Positions 26,010-40,300 are shown, counted from the stretch's first letter. The stretch: DNA of 64,000 nt from Takakia lepidozioides (GCA_030704615.1 CM060733.1:51894001-51958000), one strand, 5' to 3'. The notes: generated from the letters alone by a model not told the origin. Numbers and translations: made by a program.

Positions 26010-27943
26010 CCTCGCGACTGTAGGGCGTCGGAATTGGCGACGTGTTTTTGGGCGGGGGTCGCTAGCCGCGATGGCTGGGCGTCGCAAATCTCTTTTGCAA
26101 CCAGCAATGCCCGACCCCCCCTTCGACTTGTTTTTTTGGTCCGGGGGTCGCAAGCCGCGACGCCCTGGCATCACGAATCCCACCACCCTGCCTGAGCCAC
26201 GTGTTTTCATTTTTTGATTGAATATAAAGAAAGCGACGCCAGAGCGTCGTGGAAACCCACCCGCAGGCGTCGTGGAGGCCGACTCCAGCTCCTCATGTTT
26301 TTTTTGTTTGTCATGCCCAATAGTCGCTTGCAGCGACGCACGGGCGTCGCTTGGCGTACCACCCGGCTTACGCCATGTATTTTTGGGTTTTAGGATGGGA
26401 CTCCCGGGCAGGTTACAAAAAAAAGGGATGCAACGCCGCGCCGTCGCCCCTACCAATGCCGTCGGTTGGAGGGCAGTGACGGCAAGTCGTCGTTCGCAGG
26501 AGGCCCGTCACTACAGCAAATGGGGGGGAGGGGTTTGTGATGCCAGCCGCGCCCCCACGCCCCGCGCAACACTGAGCCCGCGGCATTTTTTTGCAACGTC
26601 CCGGCGTCGCAATCCCCCGCTGCGACATCATTACGACGCCCAGCCGTCGTAAGGTGGCATGAAGGGGAAAGAGGGCCCTCGCTGCGACGGATTTTTTTTC
26701 TTACGACGCCCCGGCGTCGGAAATTCAAAATAAATAAATAAATAAATAAATAAATAAATATATTAGACGTTGCGACGCTTCGGCGTCGCAAAAGCGTCAC
26801 TAAGGGCGCAACAGCATCACCACAGTGGGAGTTTTTTTTTTTTTTTTTTTGGGCTTTGCGGCCCTCAACTTTACAAAAGCGTCGCTTGGGGCGCCCCGCG
26901 CTGGACGCCCAACGTTGCGACATCAGGGGGTCGCAACGGCATCGCCACATGGGGTCGCAATGGTGTTGTGGTTAGCTTAGGTCCACACAAGGACGTCGTT
27001 TGGGGTGCCTGGTAGTGGCGGGGTACAACAATGGCGACGATGCTGGAGCTGGGGCTGGGGCTGGGGCTGGGACTGGGCACTAAGGCTATGGAGGTTGCAA
27101 CTCCCCGGCGTCACAAGAAAGACCCCCTTAGAAGGAACTTGAAGGAACTTGAAGGAACTCTTTATATGTATATATATATGTATATATTTATATTGCTTTT
27201 GTGATACATAGATGTAGTGTAGGTGTGTTGGTAGTTTGTAGGGTCCTTGAAATGTTATAACGTGGAGGTCTTAGGTTCAAGTATACGTTACATGATATAT
27301 GTAGAACAATGAACATATCGCTTTTAGACAGAACCAGAGTCAATGGTCAACATTGAAATTCAAATTTTAAATTCAAATTTTCCCGCCTAAATTCAAATGT
27401 ACCCTCTTAAATTGTGACGTCAGGACGTTGCACTTTGCGACCCCCGAACGGTGCTAATTTTGCATTGCAGAAAAGGTTTTTTCTTTTTTCTTTTTTTTCT
27501 TTTCGTTTTTTCCGACGTCCGTGCGTCGCAAATCGCATCGGCGTCGCAAATCGCGGTTTCGCATATTTGCGACCCCCATTGGTCGCAAATTTGCGACGTT
27601 TTTTTGGCGACGCCCGGACGTCGCAAATTTGGCTTTTTTTTCCCGCCCAAAAAGGGCTGTTTTACGACGCCGCAGCGTCGAAACCCCCCCCCCCCCTTTC
27701 CTGTAGTGCCTGCCATCGGCGTGGACGGCCCGAAAAGCGATGTCCGGTAGTTGCGGGAGTTGGGGCGGGGGCTCGCGACCCCCATATGTCGCATTTTTGC
27801 GACGTCTTTTGGCGACGCCTATGCGACTGCTGGGCGACGGCCGGACGTCGCAAATACGACGCCTGCCCCATGCCCAAAATGGGTGTTTTCCCGACGCCGC
27901 GGCATGGCCCGGGCGTCGCAAAGGCCCCCCTTTTCCTGTAGTG
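26010..27943. mobile_element. CACTA (En/Spm)-like termini with GCGACG/CGTCGC subterminal repeat arrays
   Basis: CACTACAG at 26509, and CTGTAGTG ending at 27708 and 27943, each next to a G/C run. Dense GCGACG motifs at about 26010-26950 and 27415-27925. No matching 3-bp TSD found. Confidence 0.65.
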
Positions 27944-28186
27944 AATCAACAACACGACCAGTGTACGGTATCTTCTCACCTTCGTCGTTAGCCCCATGTA
28001 TTCCAGCTGCTTTGGGTGTGCAACCCCACAGCTTGTAACACTTTTCATAGAAGGCCCACGTAGATGGGACTCCTCCAGAAGTCTTCACGACTACATCTCG
28101 TTCTTTTTTGTAACGTTTCTATATGTTGTCATGTTTGGACCTCATCTGGTCCTTAGAAGCACTCTTGTGGGTTCGCTGGTTGAAGT

Positions 28187-28660
28187 CAGTGAGGGATGGT
28201 GGGACATGTTCATCTGAACATGCCCCATCCTCTATATTCATTATCAACACAAACAAAAGTTCTACACAAATTGTTTAGGTGGCCTGAGTACATTTTTGAA
28301 CTTTTTGGAGCCCCCTTCGGAAATCTGAGCACATCTCGGGGGTGCCCACTCAATTTGAGTGAGTGATGGTGGGATATGTTCATCTGAACATGCCCCACCC
28401 TCTTCAGGTCTAAACCAAACAAAAAATTTCAAATCACAAATTGTTTAGGGTGCCTAAGTGGCTTTATGTAGTTATGGGAGCCCTCTTTGTAAAAGTTGCC
28501 ATATCTCGGGGGTGCCTCACTGTATTTGAGTGAGGGGTGGTGGGGGCATGTTGATCTAAACGTGCCCCACCCTCTACAGGTGTGAAACAAACAAGCAAAA
28601 CCAAACCACTCAGTTTTCAGGGGGCCTAAGTGTCTCATGCCCCACCCTCTGGAAGTCTTA
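28187..28660. repeat. Degenerate ~171-bp tandem repeat (about 3 units)
   Basis: AGTGAG.GRTGGTGGG..ATGTT.ATCT.AAC.TGCCCCA.CCTCT recurs at about 28187, 28358 and 28528. Confidence 0.7.
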
Positions 28661-31658
28661 ACTACAAAAGAGAAAGCACAACCCAATATTTTTAGGGTAG
28701 TTGAATTGCTTAAGATGCATTTTTGAGTGACATTTTTTGCATGTGTTACTTTAAACTAGTTGTGCAATGTGAGTGCATACATACCTCCTACTCTCTATGT
28801 ACTTGTGAGTGATGATGTTATAAACATACAAGAGCCCTAGTGTGATTCATACGAGTGAAGTGGTTGCAGGCTTCGTCTTTCTTCCCGCTATTCTATCTTC
28901 TCTACAAGCTCGTCATTCTTTTTTACGTACTGGCATTTACAATGAAGTTTTGATCAACAGATAATTATATTCACATTGCATCTCGTGGCAGCCCCATATT
29001 GGCCGCGCAATACACGGGACGTCCCTCCATCTGCATAACGCAGCTTTTCGGACGTCCCAAAACTGCGTCGAGCAGACGTGCTGTCAGATGTATCGGAAGG
29101 CCCTGACAGTGCTGTGCGCCGAGGCCCCGCGTTATGGGAACGGTGTTCAGCGGGCACATCCGTCATGTGTGGCCCCCCTATCAATGTCCATCCCTTATAA
29201 CAAACGTCCACTGCCAACCTACACACTTGTGTGTCATGTTAGTGTTGTCAATCACACTTATGGGGGAAAGTCAAGCCTGAGTACAATATTTCCAAAATCA
29301 CCTTCCAGCTCACAGTAATATGAACTGTCTGATGCTTCATCTGATTCTTTGAGACATTCATTTGTGTCTTGATGAGTGCCTACTTCATCGACACACATTG
29401 TTGTAACTAGTGCTTTGCTACTAACAACACACTACAGAACGCACCCACCTAGTGGCTCGTTTGCGTTACCACTTTTACATGATTGAATGATTCGCCCACG
29501 AAATTGTTGGACAATGATATGACGCAATAATCACGTAAAATTTCTTTAGCAAAATAAATCAACCTGACGTTAAATGACACCTCGTCATCCAATTTTTTTT
29601 AATACAATATTGGAAAAATCTAGATTCTTTGATTAGTTTCCTTGGCGAAATCCATGGTGTGCTTAAATACTACATTAAGTTGTCGAATTAACTATTTTGA
29701 TTATTTTTGTGTTTTGGATGGTGTTGGTATTTTTTACTTTATTTTTACTATTGTGTTATCCTTTTGCAGAATACCAATTTGTAAATATATGAAACTTGAA
29801 ACTTATAAATATACAGTAAAAGAGCATATTCACATGTATAAACACTATGTCTATCCTTTATATTCTATTTTCAGTGGAAACATGCAATTTTTTGTGCTCA
29901 CATAGTATCTACCTCCCTTCAATGTTATTTGAAGTGTTCCAGAGGCCACTGTGAAATCCAATGTAAATGGCCAGCACTCCCAGCTCGTCTCAACTTTTGG
30001 AGCGTGATATATATGCTTCTTGTAGTTTTGTAGTTTTTTAGAGCATTTTGGGTAGTTAAAAGGATGGAGAAGATGACATTACTAGAATATAGTTTTGTCT
30101 TCTAGATGGATAGAGTCCATCATATTGATTATAGTTAAAATATAGATATATTCGATGGGCGATACTATCTTTGAGATGAGAGTGATGGAGAAAGAGGTGT
30201 TAGATAATGCTTTTATCATATTAATATTTGTATGTATGACTAGGTACTTTTTATAGGCATATATAAAGACTAAGGTCTCCAAGCCATTTTTAACGTTCAT
30301 GTAGTTATAGCCCAAGTGATATTTGTGGGTATAACTATATACCTTCTATATTAGGCATGGTCCAAGCTTATTTTAAAGTTAGGGTAGTTGTAGGCCTAAG
30401 TGATATTATTTGTCGGTATGACTAAGTACCTTCTATTTGCATGCTATATGAAGACAAAGATGTAAGCTACTTTTAACGTTAATGTAGTTGTAACTGAAGT
30501 GATATTTTTGCATATGAATACATAACTTTATAGGCATGTATGAGGAATTGTAAGGTCCAAGTTACTTTCAACATTAAGGTAAGAGTCAAGCCATATTACA
30601 TTAATGATGGTGTTGACATCCAATAGATTGCCTAATCACTTCTTTAAATTACTACATTGGATAGAAAACAATTGGAACAATGTAAGAACTTGATGCAAAC
30701 ATACAATCTGATAGTACATTCACTGATTTTTGACAACATTCAATGGCGTTTCCTCATTTTAGGGATAAACGTCTTCGAAGGCACCAATGAGCCCATGTCA
30801 TCCATCATTTGCAGATCTTCATGACGAGCCTCAGATTCCGGTTGTGCAAGAGACTAACTGCGCTTGTGAGCAGAGACATGTAAAATGCACCTCCGGTGAT
30901 TTTAATGTTCAAATATGTACTACGTTGCCACATGAGGCATGGAAAAGGCCTATGCAAAATTATGTTAAGCTTCTGTTTGTAAGAACAACAAATTTGGCTC
31001 CTCTGACAAGCCATGTCACATCCTTCCACCATCTTTTATCTGTATCCATGCCACTATTAAACATTTTAATATTTTAGTATATCATTAGTTGTTGTATAGC
31101 GTTGAGTAGTCTACTGGCTACAAGGCGATGGTGATGGTAACCATGAGATATAGGGTTTGAATCTTGTTGGATTGTTATGCCGCCTAGTCCATGTCATCCC
31201 TGTTCCGTATCACTAGATGGTGTTTGATATGTCACTGTGGCGTCCTAAGAAAAAAAACTTTACATACATAGTTAAATTAATTTTGTGATACCAAGTGTAA
31301 GTTTCACCAATTGAAGTGACACTCCCTTCCGTGTGCTTCAGTCTACAGAGCTTACTCATAGGACGGGCCACTGCCCCATTATGGTAGGGGGAGAAGATAA
31401 TATGATAATACCACACAAAACTAGGTAGTAGGATTTGAACCCAATATTATTTGGTGCTCTATCTAACTCAGCTTATACCGACTGGTTGGTAGTACTGCTA
31501 TTATGCTAGTCACGTATAGTGGAATATACTTTCATGCTGAAAATTCATCCATTTATTTATCAGAAGATGTTGAACAATAGTGGTGTCACCTAAATGAGAT
31601 TTTATCACATCGTAGAAGTAGTTTTCAGTAAAAGAGAGGAGGTGACACATGACATATT

Positions 31659-31818
31659 AACATGAGCTTAGCAGTTTTTGATGCTGATGCATAGACGCCT
31701 GGGGAAGGCACAACATGAGCTTTGCGGATGAGCTTTGCGGTTTTTTGACACTGATGCGTAGACATCTGGGAAAGGCACAACATGAGCTTAATTAGCAGTT
31801 TGTGACACTGATGCGTAG
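31659..31818. repeat. Short degenerate tandem repeat (~55-70 bp, about 3 units)
   Basis: ACATGAGCTT...GACACTGATGCRTAG recurs three times. Confidence 0.6.
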
Positions 31819-32022
31819 TCTCTTTTTTAGAATAAAGAGGAGCTAATAAAAGTTACATTCCACTTCCGATTTTGTTTTGTCCGGGCATCATGCATGGGTA
31901 ATGATTCCGGCATTTGGCCCATCAAATCCCTCCAAATATATCCGTGGTATTACCCATCTTATACTGATTCATTCCATAATTTGCTTCACTTGAGAGGTTT
32001 TTTCAATGAATTAGCATTTTAA

Positions 32023-32848
32023 CCCTTAACTTCCTACATGGTTCATTTTTTGACACCTAAAAATTATTACCTATGCCCAGTAAAATGAGGCTAACTACCT
32101 ATCAAAAATCATCCAGAAAAATGGACCTTACACTTAGGTGTGCACCTGGCATGCACTCACCAAAAAATGAACTTGTTTCACCGTCAAATATTGGAGATTA
32201 TATGGTTTTAGAGAGGATGGATTATTTGTTTCTATTTATGAAAACTTGGTTTTTTTAGCCTTGACCAAAAAATTTGAGAGGCTTTTAGATTTTTGTGGAG
32301 TGTTTATTCCACACATTCCTAATCTGTGTAGGTATGCCATGTCCATGCAAATAATGAGGGGCAAAAATCAGGTTTAGCATGGGGGTTTGTATGTGTTTGG
32401 GGTTCAAACTACCTTCATCGCAAAGATTTGGAAATTGGGATATGGCCTCCACAAGATGCTATAAAATGTTGCTCAAATTCAAAATCCCTCTGGTGAGGGG
32501 GTGACTCTCTTCACACGTACACCTTGGTCCAAATTATGCCCACAAGAAGAAATTGTAAAAGTTGACCCTCTAGTGGCCTGAAGTGCTGTCCAATCAACGT
32601 TGGCCACGTAGAAGTCAACTTTGCGTGGCCTCCCTCCATGCTCTTGTATGGAGGACCCACTGGGTTTTGGAAATTTGTGGACATGGAAGACTTTCTCCAA
32701 ATGGCATGCTGCCAATTGGAGATGATCTACCATGTCGTCAGGTCATTTATTGCTGAAGAAACGACCTAAAAATATTAAGATATGCAAAAGTTACGTTAAT
32801 ATATCATGTTATATGAAACCTGAAACGGGTTCCATAGGAAGTTAAGGG
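32023..32848. mobile_element. piggyBac-like non-autonomous element (826 bp)
   Basis: TTAA|CCCTTAACTTCCTA ... TAGGAAGTTAAGGG|TTAA: perfect 14-bp TIR starting CCC, with TTAA on both sides (32019-32022, 32849-32852). Confidence 0.8.
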
Positions 32849-34234
32849 TTAAGGTACTGACTATCCTTGCTCTTGGGTCTGCTTTTCGATTGGGAGTTGT
32901 AGGTCAAAAGTTCTTGGCCCTTCTACCACTATGTTCCCTGACTTTCAAGGTTATATATTCTTTGTTAGTGCCGATCGGTCTCTGCTTTTGCTCAAGACCT
33001 CCTTGCCCTCGGCTCTGGGTTTCCGCTTAGCTTTGCCCGCTGGGCATGACAATCATGGGAACTGTCCCTCACTATTTTTAAAGTGTAAACTTTAAAGTGA
33101 TGTTTACACGATAGATGAAAAATGGCTGTGCGACAACCAGACTTGCAGTTGCGAGTTGCCATGAGACGAAGCTATTATAAACAGCTTGGAGTAGCAAGGT
33201 CAAACAAGTTATTTAATGTGTGGGGAGGTTGGGGAACATGTGTACAGACATCACTGAGTGCTCACGCGAATATACAAGGATATACCAGAAATACAAAGAA
33301 TATTCTTAGAGAGATACATAGGTGAAACTAAAATGTGCTCACGCCATATGAAATGCGAAACTTTTCGAAATGTTTGCTCGTTCACACAAGCCATAGCCAA
33401 GCCAGAAGTTGTGGCACAGGGAATTTTCTATTAGGGCCAATTCCTCAAACATGTCTGGTGATTAATTATTGGATTTTGTATCATGGGATGTTGTTGTTTG
33501 TAGCAGTCCCTAATATACAAAAGTAGTCACAATTCATTTTGTTTCGCCCACAAAGTCTAGGATAAATGACTCCTGTAAAAGTTTATTAGCAAAATAAATC
33601 AACCTGACGTCAAGTGACATCTTGTGAATGAGGATGTCATCCAATTTTCTTTAATATAATCATGAAAAATATAGATTCTTGATTTATTTCATTGGTGAAA
33701 CTCTTGGTACTCACGCCTCCATTTTTCTGTGCTCACGTGAGCTATGCTTACATGTTCCAACAACCAGTGTTGTTCTGGTATCACGTTCAGGACATACCAG
33801 ACGGGTCTTGGTACCAGACGTATCACAAATTTTTTGTACACGTCTGGTCTATATAAGGGTGGATGTATATTTTTCTAGATATTGGTATATTGAGTATGAG
33901 TATCATGACCATAACACCAGCTGGAACGAGATATCAATTCTGGTATCATTCCAAAGCGTCTTGAATTACAAGTTTATCACATAGCAAGTATCAAGTGAAA
34001 ACAAATACAATGAAATAAAGAAATAAATATACATGAGTACAAGTATGTAGATATATATACAGATAAATTAGTATAGTATACATACCAGAGTAAATGAGGA
34101 AGACGGCAGGGGAGAACTGGTATCGTGGCTGGTATGAAAAATCTGATACCAGCCAGGTCTGGTATATGACCAAGTATTCTCCCAAATGGACATATGGACC
34201 AGTCTGGTATGTCTGGACATATATGTCAACGTAA

Positions 34235-34753
34235 AGCACTGCCAAAAAAATTTGTTTGTATTTATCGTGCCGTTAAAAAGCAGAATTCATGGGGTGCATT
34301 CCGCCAGGTGGAATGCACCCCATCAGCTCCCTCGAGTGCATCCCGAAATGCAGAATGCACAGGCCATTAGATTTATAAAAAAAAAACATTTGGCATTCAT
34401 TTATGTATAGAATAATGCCCTAAGTGGAGGCATTCCCCTATACATACAGGATTTTGGGGGCAGATTATGCCTTTTTGGAGGCAAATTAGGAATCAGAAGA
34501 TTGTCGCTCCACGTTGCTGGCACTTTATATATAGGGTAACGCCGAGGTCGGTAGCCCCAGGGGAAGGCCCGAAAATCCGGGAATGCACATTACCCTGTAA
34601 AGAAATACCAATTTAAAAAAAAAATCTAACTGCCAGTGCATTCTGCATTTGGGGCTGCACTCGGGGGAGTTGATGGGGTGCAGGTGGAATGCACCCGGAT
34701 GAAGTCTGCCTTTTACCGGCACAGTAAATACAAACAATTTTTTTTGGCTGTGC
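34235..34753. mobile_element. Foldback/MITE-like element with ~170-bp imperfect TIRs
   Basis: AGCACTGCCAAAAAAATTTGTTTGTATTTA..ATGCAGAATGCAC (34235-34400) is mirrored by GTGCATTCTGCAT..TAAATACAAACAATTTTTTTTGGCTGTGCT (34600-34753). No TSD seen. Confidence 0.65.
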
Positions 34754-37386
34754 TGTGCGCATTCACAATCGGCAGTTTGACTCTCATAATCGGCTGTTTG
34801 ACTTTTAGCGGCTCATTACGGCCTGTAGGCCTCATAATCTAACGGCCTCGCCCTAGGGACTCCACTAGGAGCCAAAATGCGCCCAAATATACCCGGCCTA
34901 CACTGATAAATACCTTAAAAGAAACGTTACCGCGCAGTCCATAGAGGCAGCTTCCTCCCATTTCCTTTAAGGGAAAAAACAAGGCGCTCCGCCACAAGAG
35001 GCTGTCCTTGCTCTTTTTGGTGATTTTGGGGTTGTTGTTTTATACTTTTTCCACAGCTTCATGAATCATGCCCATCAACCCTCCGTAGACTAGGCTTAAT
35101 GGATAAGCCTAGTTCTCCCCAAGGCACCTCTATCCCTTGCGGGACAGAGCCAAAAAAAAGACAGAATCTTTGTTTTCATCAACCCTAAACCTACGGTATA
35201 GTGCAGCTTGGGTGTTTAGGGTTTGGCTGTTTCCATGTACATTGAGCGATCCTCAGTGTCACCGGATCAGTGCGAGATCCTCGTTCTGGATCAGAAGCTG
35301 CTGATTCAGGAAATGGGCACTACAGAGATTCAAGTAGTTGCAGTACCTACTCCGAATTCTCCAACCGATCATCACGCTCACAGCTGTGGTCAATCACAAG
35401 ATAGGGGCTTGCAAATTTGGAAAGCTCAAGCTGCTACAGCAGTTTGTCCCTTGTGCAGATGGCGGTGGCAGCAAAGCACACAGCGCTGTCGCCTACCTAC
35501 AGTCCACCACTCACTCTGGACAAAAATTGCGTATTCAATGGCTAAGTGTATTGGACTGTATCACACTAAAAACGAGGCTGCAGGCGTTGCACTTTGTCTC
35601 CTAGTTCTAACATCCCTTCAGTGCTGCTGAAAATCTCCTGGAACTTCATAAATTTTTGCATGCATACGTACAATAAGAGCAGTAAGATGGTCCAAGCTGC
35701 TATGAATTCACCGAGCATATAAATCTATCATTATCTGTCTGAGTGCCACATGGCTTTGAAATCAACAGTAATTTCATCCCGCACTACTAGGAGGAGCAAC
35801 TTCTAGCCTCCTTCTAGCCCTCCTTCGAGCCATTGTGGACAAATTGTTTTTGGAAAGATACTGTCCACAGATCTCTTTATTCAAGACAACTGCTGGCTAA
35901 ACGGCATATAGGATCTGTACATTGTAGAAATCTTAACGGAAGAATGTCAACAAATCTCCGAATGATAGTCACGGTGGGCTCCATGAAGTAACAAAGCTTG
36001 AACACGCTTGACCACTGGAGGACGTGGCTATAATACTGATCCACTAAGAATCCTCAGATGCTAGCACTTGTTTCGAACGACCCGCAGATTCAGTTTTGAA
36101 GAACATATATGGAAAATGAAGTGAAGCAGCCTGATTAGCAAACAAAACATATGATCTGAACGAGGTTAGAGTCAACACGACGGTGGAGAGTATGACGTTA
36201 TACTCGAGCGGAGATGGCAAACATTACCCACTTCAGGGCCTGGGAGTAATATTCTATCAACCAGGGCAGAGATGTGGGCGGTCTGCGTAAGGGAGGGCGC
36301 TGCCGGCTAACCAGAAAGGCCTGCACTGCTTTCAGTTATCGGTACAGATCACAGGATGATGTGCCGAGGTGGGACTGTATCCCGAAGCGGTCAGTTGTAC
36401 AGTCTTAACATCACCTTCTGGATTCTATGATCATGTGTTTGTACGTGTACTGTGTAATTGTGGCACTGCACGAGTCCAAGTCTCCAAGATCAGTACTCAT
36501 GGGGTCTGTGTTATTAGCTTACGCTGCGCTTTACTGGTGGTAGCTGAGAGATGGAGTAGAGGTGCAAGCGCCGCTCTTGTTCTCTGCTTTGATAATTATC
36601 ACAAGTGTAGTTACCGTCTCTAGACGTTTTCAAGAGTGTTGAAGTTTTAGTCTAGATACGTTGAAAACTGTACAGCAGTTACAGCTCCTGATCTTCTCCT
36701 GACAAGTTTTGGACGGGATTTGTTTGCTGTTCCCAGTTGTCAAAGTACCTCCTACACGTTCATCACTAAGACTAGGTAGTCTGATCTCTCTATGATAGAA
36801 TTTCATGTGCGCTTCTCGAATTTCACAATTGAAAGTAGTGCGCACTTGGTTTGGAGTGGTCAGCTTGACCAGCAGTTCGTAAACCACATTAATCGTGTCC
36901 AGGTGTTGGAAGCGATTTAGTTTCAATCTAGCAATATGTCTATTCTCGGTACTCCATGGAATTGATCAGTGGCCGACAATCTCCTCCAGTATGCTGTTTC
37001 ATTTTGTACTTCAACCGCTCAGGTTTCATGATTCATCAACCTAAGTTTAAGCTTTGAAGTTGGTTTGTAAATGAGGGAGCCTGTGAGGATTTGGATGTCC
37101 AGTTATATTATACTGCAGTCGGGGCATGCAGCTCAGGTGTTTTAGATTGACCTCCGACCGGTTTGAACAATGTTATATAGTGAGGGCCTCATCTCGGCAT
37201 GATGATTGCTCGTTTGTGGAGAGCAAAGACTTGGTGAGAGAAGCTAAGATTTTTGAGAATGGGTGAGCGGTGAAACCTGAAGGGGGTACCGTTGTGCTGT
37301 GTGTCTGACCAGTTATCCCATACACCGGAGAAGGGCTTGGAGAGGGTAGCATTGCCGGATTGCAGGGACATGGCAAGGAGAATGAG

Positions 37387-40300
37387 ATGCAACTTATAAA
37401 CAACCACAAGCTTAAGGAGAGAGTTAACAACCGGCTGCCACTCAAGCAAAAGCCAAGTGAGAGTGAGAGAGATGACAAGCTGGAGGTGGCGATTGTAGAG
37501 GAAGAACAAGATCGAGACTCAGATCATGAGACACCGGAAAGTATGCAGGGTAGCGGAACAGATCAACAACGTATGGAATTGAGATCGGGAAATACCCTGG
37601 GTGATATACTGCTCCAATTGAAGAAGGAGAAGGATTCAAAGGTCTTGCAGTCTAGACAATATAAGTACAAGAGACCAGCATCACCACGCGGTTCCTCCAG
37701 TGGGTCCCGTCGCTGGGGCACCAAGGTTCGGGGGCACCCACTCTCACCACAGCATACGGCCCAGCAGAAGCCGAACATTAAACAACGGCAACAACAACCA
37801 GTACCTCAATCACGAACTAGATTGCCACACGAAAAGAAGAAATCCAGTGAAAGGGCCATTTGGCTCGAGCCCTCAGAGGCCCAGAAGCATGACCTACATC
37901 AAGAGCGGCTGAAACAATATTCTGCGTCCAAGAGGTTACAAAGAAAGGCCTTGGAACTGCAACCTAGTAAACTTGAAACCCAGAATGATCCATCCCCGCG
38001 AGCCCCGACTCTTGCTCAGTTTCTAGATCCATCATCAGCACAGCAGCAACAATCAAAGCACCATGAGAAAGAGAAAATTAAGCCCAAAACATACGAAACT
38101 AGGTCTCCCAGCTCTGACGGCAATAAGAGCATCTTGAAAGCACCCTTGGCGCATTTTCAGCTCGAGCAACAACTTCAACAGCGGCCACCAAGTGCAGATG
38201 AGGGGGCCAGCTCAGAGCTCATCTCTCACCAACCCTCGGGATCCGTCCAACACATTGAGACATCCTCTCGATTGGAGACCTTTCGGGAAATCTCAGCAAC
38301 ATTCCAGAAGCCATGGCAGGAATCGCAGCACCAACAGCAACAGGACGAGGGGTCTACCCTAGAGGAAGGTAATGTACGAAATTGGCTAAACCAGCAACCA
38401 CAATGGAGGGAAAATCAGCATAGAGATTCACTGGGCCCCATCGTTACACCTCCCAAGCTAAAGCTAAAGCAAGAGAGTCGACATCAATACGAGGGACCGG
38501 CTTCCACCATCCCAGAGATCTCAAGGGCATCCTTGATAATGCTAAAACAACAACAACAAAGAGAGGCAAAACAACAGTCAATTAACACGGGTGGCAAGCA
38601 ACCGCAGCCAGAGCACGACTACAGAGAATCACGTCGGTTTCTGAATATCCTTAAGGAATTGGCGTCTCTCAGGGCAAACAACGAGAATGAGCTACTTGAG
38701 GACGAAGATGAGGTGCCCATCGCTGCAGGTGTTGAGCTCTTATCTAAAAACCAGCAGCAGCAGGAACCCGACAAGAAGGGCTCCCAACCTTGGAACAACA
38801 CTCTAGCAGGGATCTCAGGATCATCGCCTCGTGCACCGCACGAAGCAAAGCAACACGATCATTCACAGGAGCTGTCTGCTCAGGGAAATGACAGTTCACA
38901 GACGACTAAGTTGTATCATGAGCAACCGAAGATCCAGCTGCAACAGCAGAAATTGCCAACCCTTCGGCTTCGCCAGACTTCACCGGTCACCGCTCCAACT
39001 GCACCATCTACGGCACAAGAAGGGCAAGCAGGGACAACGCAGGCTAGCATTTGTCCACAGATTTCAGAAGCAACATTGCAGCGAAAACATCAACAAAACA
39101 AACGTCAACCGCAACAATCTGAGTCACAACGGTGGAGCGGTGCCCCAAGGCTGCCAGCTGCAGAACCCTTGGCATCACGACAACAGCAGCAACATGGCGA
39201 AGAATTGGGAGAGCATACAAGCCGGGGAGCACAGACAAAAGTTGAGGAGGAATGGGAGGAAGAAATGGCTTCTGGCCAGAGAATGGCTGCAGGAGGGGGC
39301 GTTGATAGAGTGGTTGTAGCTGTGAGCAAGGACCAATCCAGCAAAGATGCCCTGAAGTGGACGCTGTTAAACTTGGTCCCATGCAACGGAGCTGTCAAGC
39401 TCCTGCATGTGCGTCCACCAGTGCAAACTATACCTACTCCTGGTAGATTCCCTCTTCCTCAAGCTGTGTCGTTGCTCATATTTGCCATTGGACTGTTGGA
39501 AAGGTTGATTCCCTTGGGGTTCCCGTCTCATTTTCGGTTTCAGAATTGAACTTGTTATGTTGGTATGATGTATGTAGAGTCCTTGGGCAGAGCCCTGTCC
39601 TCCAGGCTGCATGGCTGTATCGCATGTGCTTGTAGTGAAATATTTACAGTTTGCATGACGTTCATGCCAGGTTAAGGCTTTCCCTGGCTTGTGGGTTGAT
39701 TAGAATGCTGTCTCATCTGTACAGTTCCAGGTTGGACAGCTCTGTGTTTCTTCTTGAAAGTTCCTGTTATGCATAACACAACCACCAGAAAGTGCCCAAT
39801 TAGCTCTCATCTGCTGCTCAGAACCACAATCACATTGAGTTTGATGTCGCCCCTCACTAACTGGTACATGTCAACACCATTCGATTAAACTAGAGCAACG
39901 AGAGCAACTTTAAATTCAGGTATTGCGTAACCATTGAAAAGTTCTGCACCTCTAGAGTACTTCAGTCTATAGTAGCACAGGTTTTTGTGCAACCTCAATT
40001 GTCAAGGGATATTCAGGGTGTTGAAAGTTTTTGATTTGCCAGCCCCAGGTTTTTTAAAATCCTTATACACCAAGGCATATTGAGCTAAATTTGAAAGAGA
40101 ATGCTGATGTTCCCTCCTTCCTCATTCGACTTTGGCGAGGGGGATGATGTGGAAGTCGATGTGGTGTAAACAAGTTGGCGAGGCGCAGTATTTGCATTTG
40201 CATGTAGGTTCAAGCTCGATAGCATCTAGCATATTGTTGTCAGCCCTTTTGATTGGGATCATGGGTTTGTGCATGGCAGGAGGGAAAGTGGTGCCACTAG

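Noticed and set aside
25843-28088. Many overlapping Arg/Ala-rich ORFs
   Set aside because: By-products of GC-rich GCGACG repeat arrays; no recognisable domains.
27250-31490. Degenerate tRNA/SINE-like B-box traces (~27265, ~31150, ~31430)
   Set aside because: Too decayed to define boundaries or structure.
35223-36926. Short ORFs upstream of the U-box kinase
   Set aside because: No recognisable motifs or consistent exon chain; probably promoter, UTR or intron sequence.
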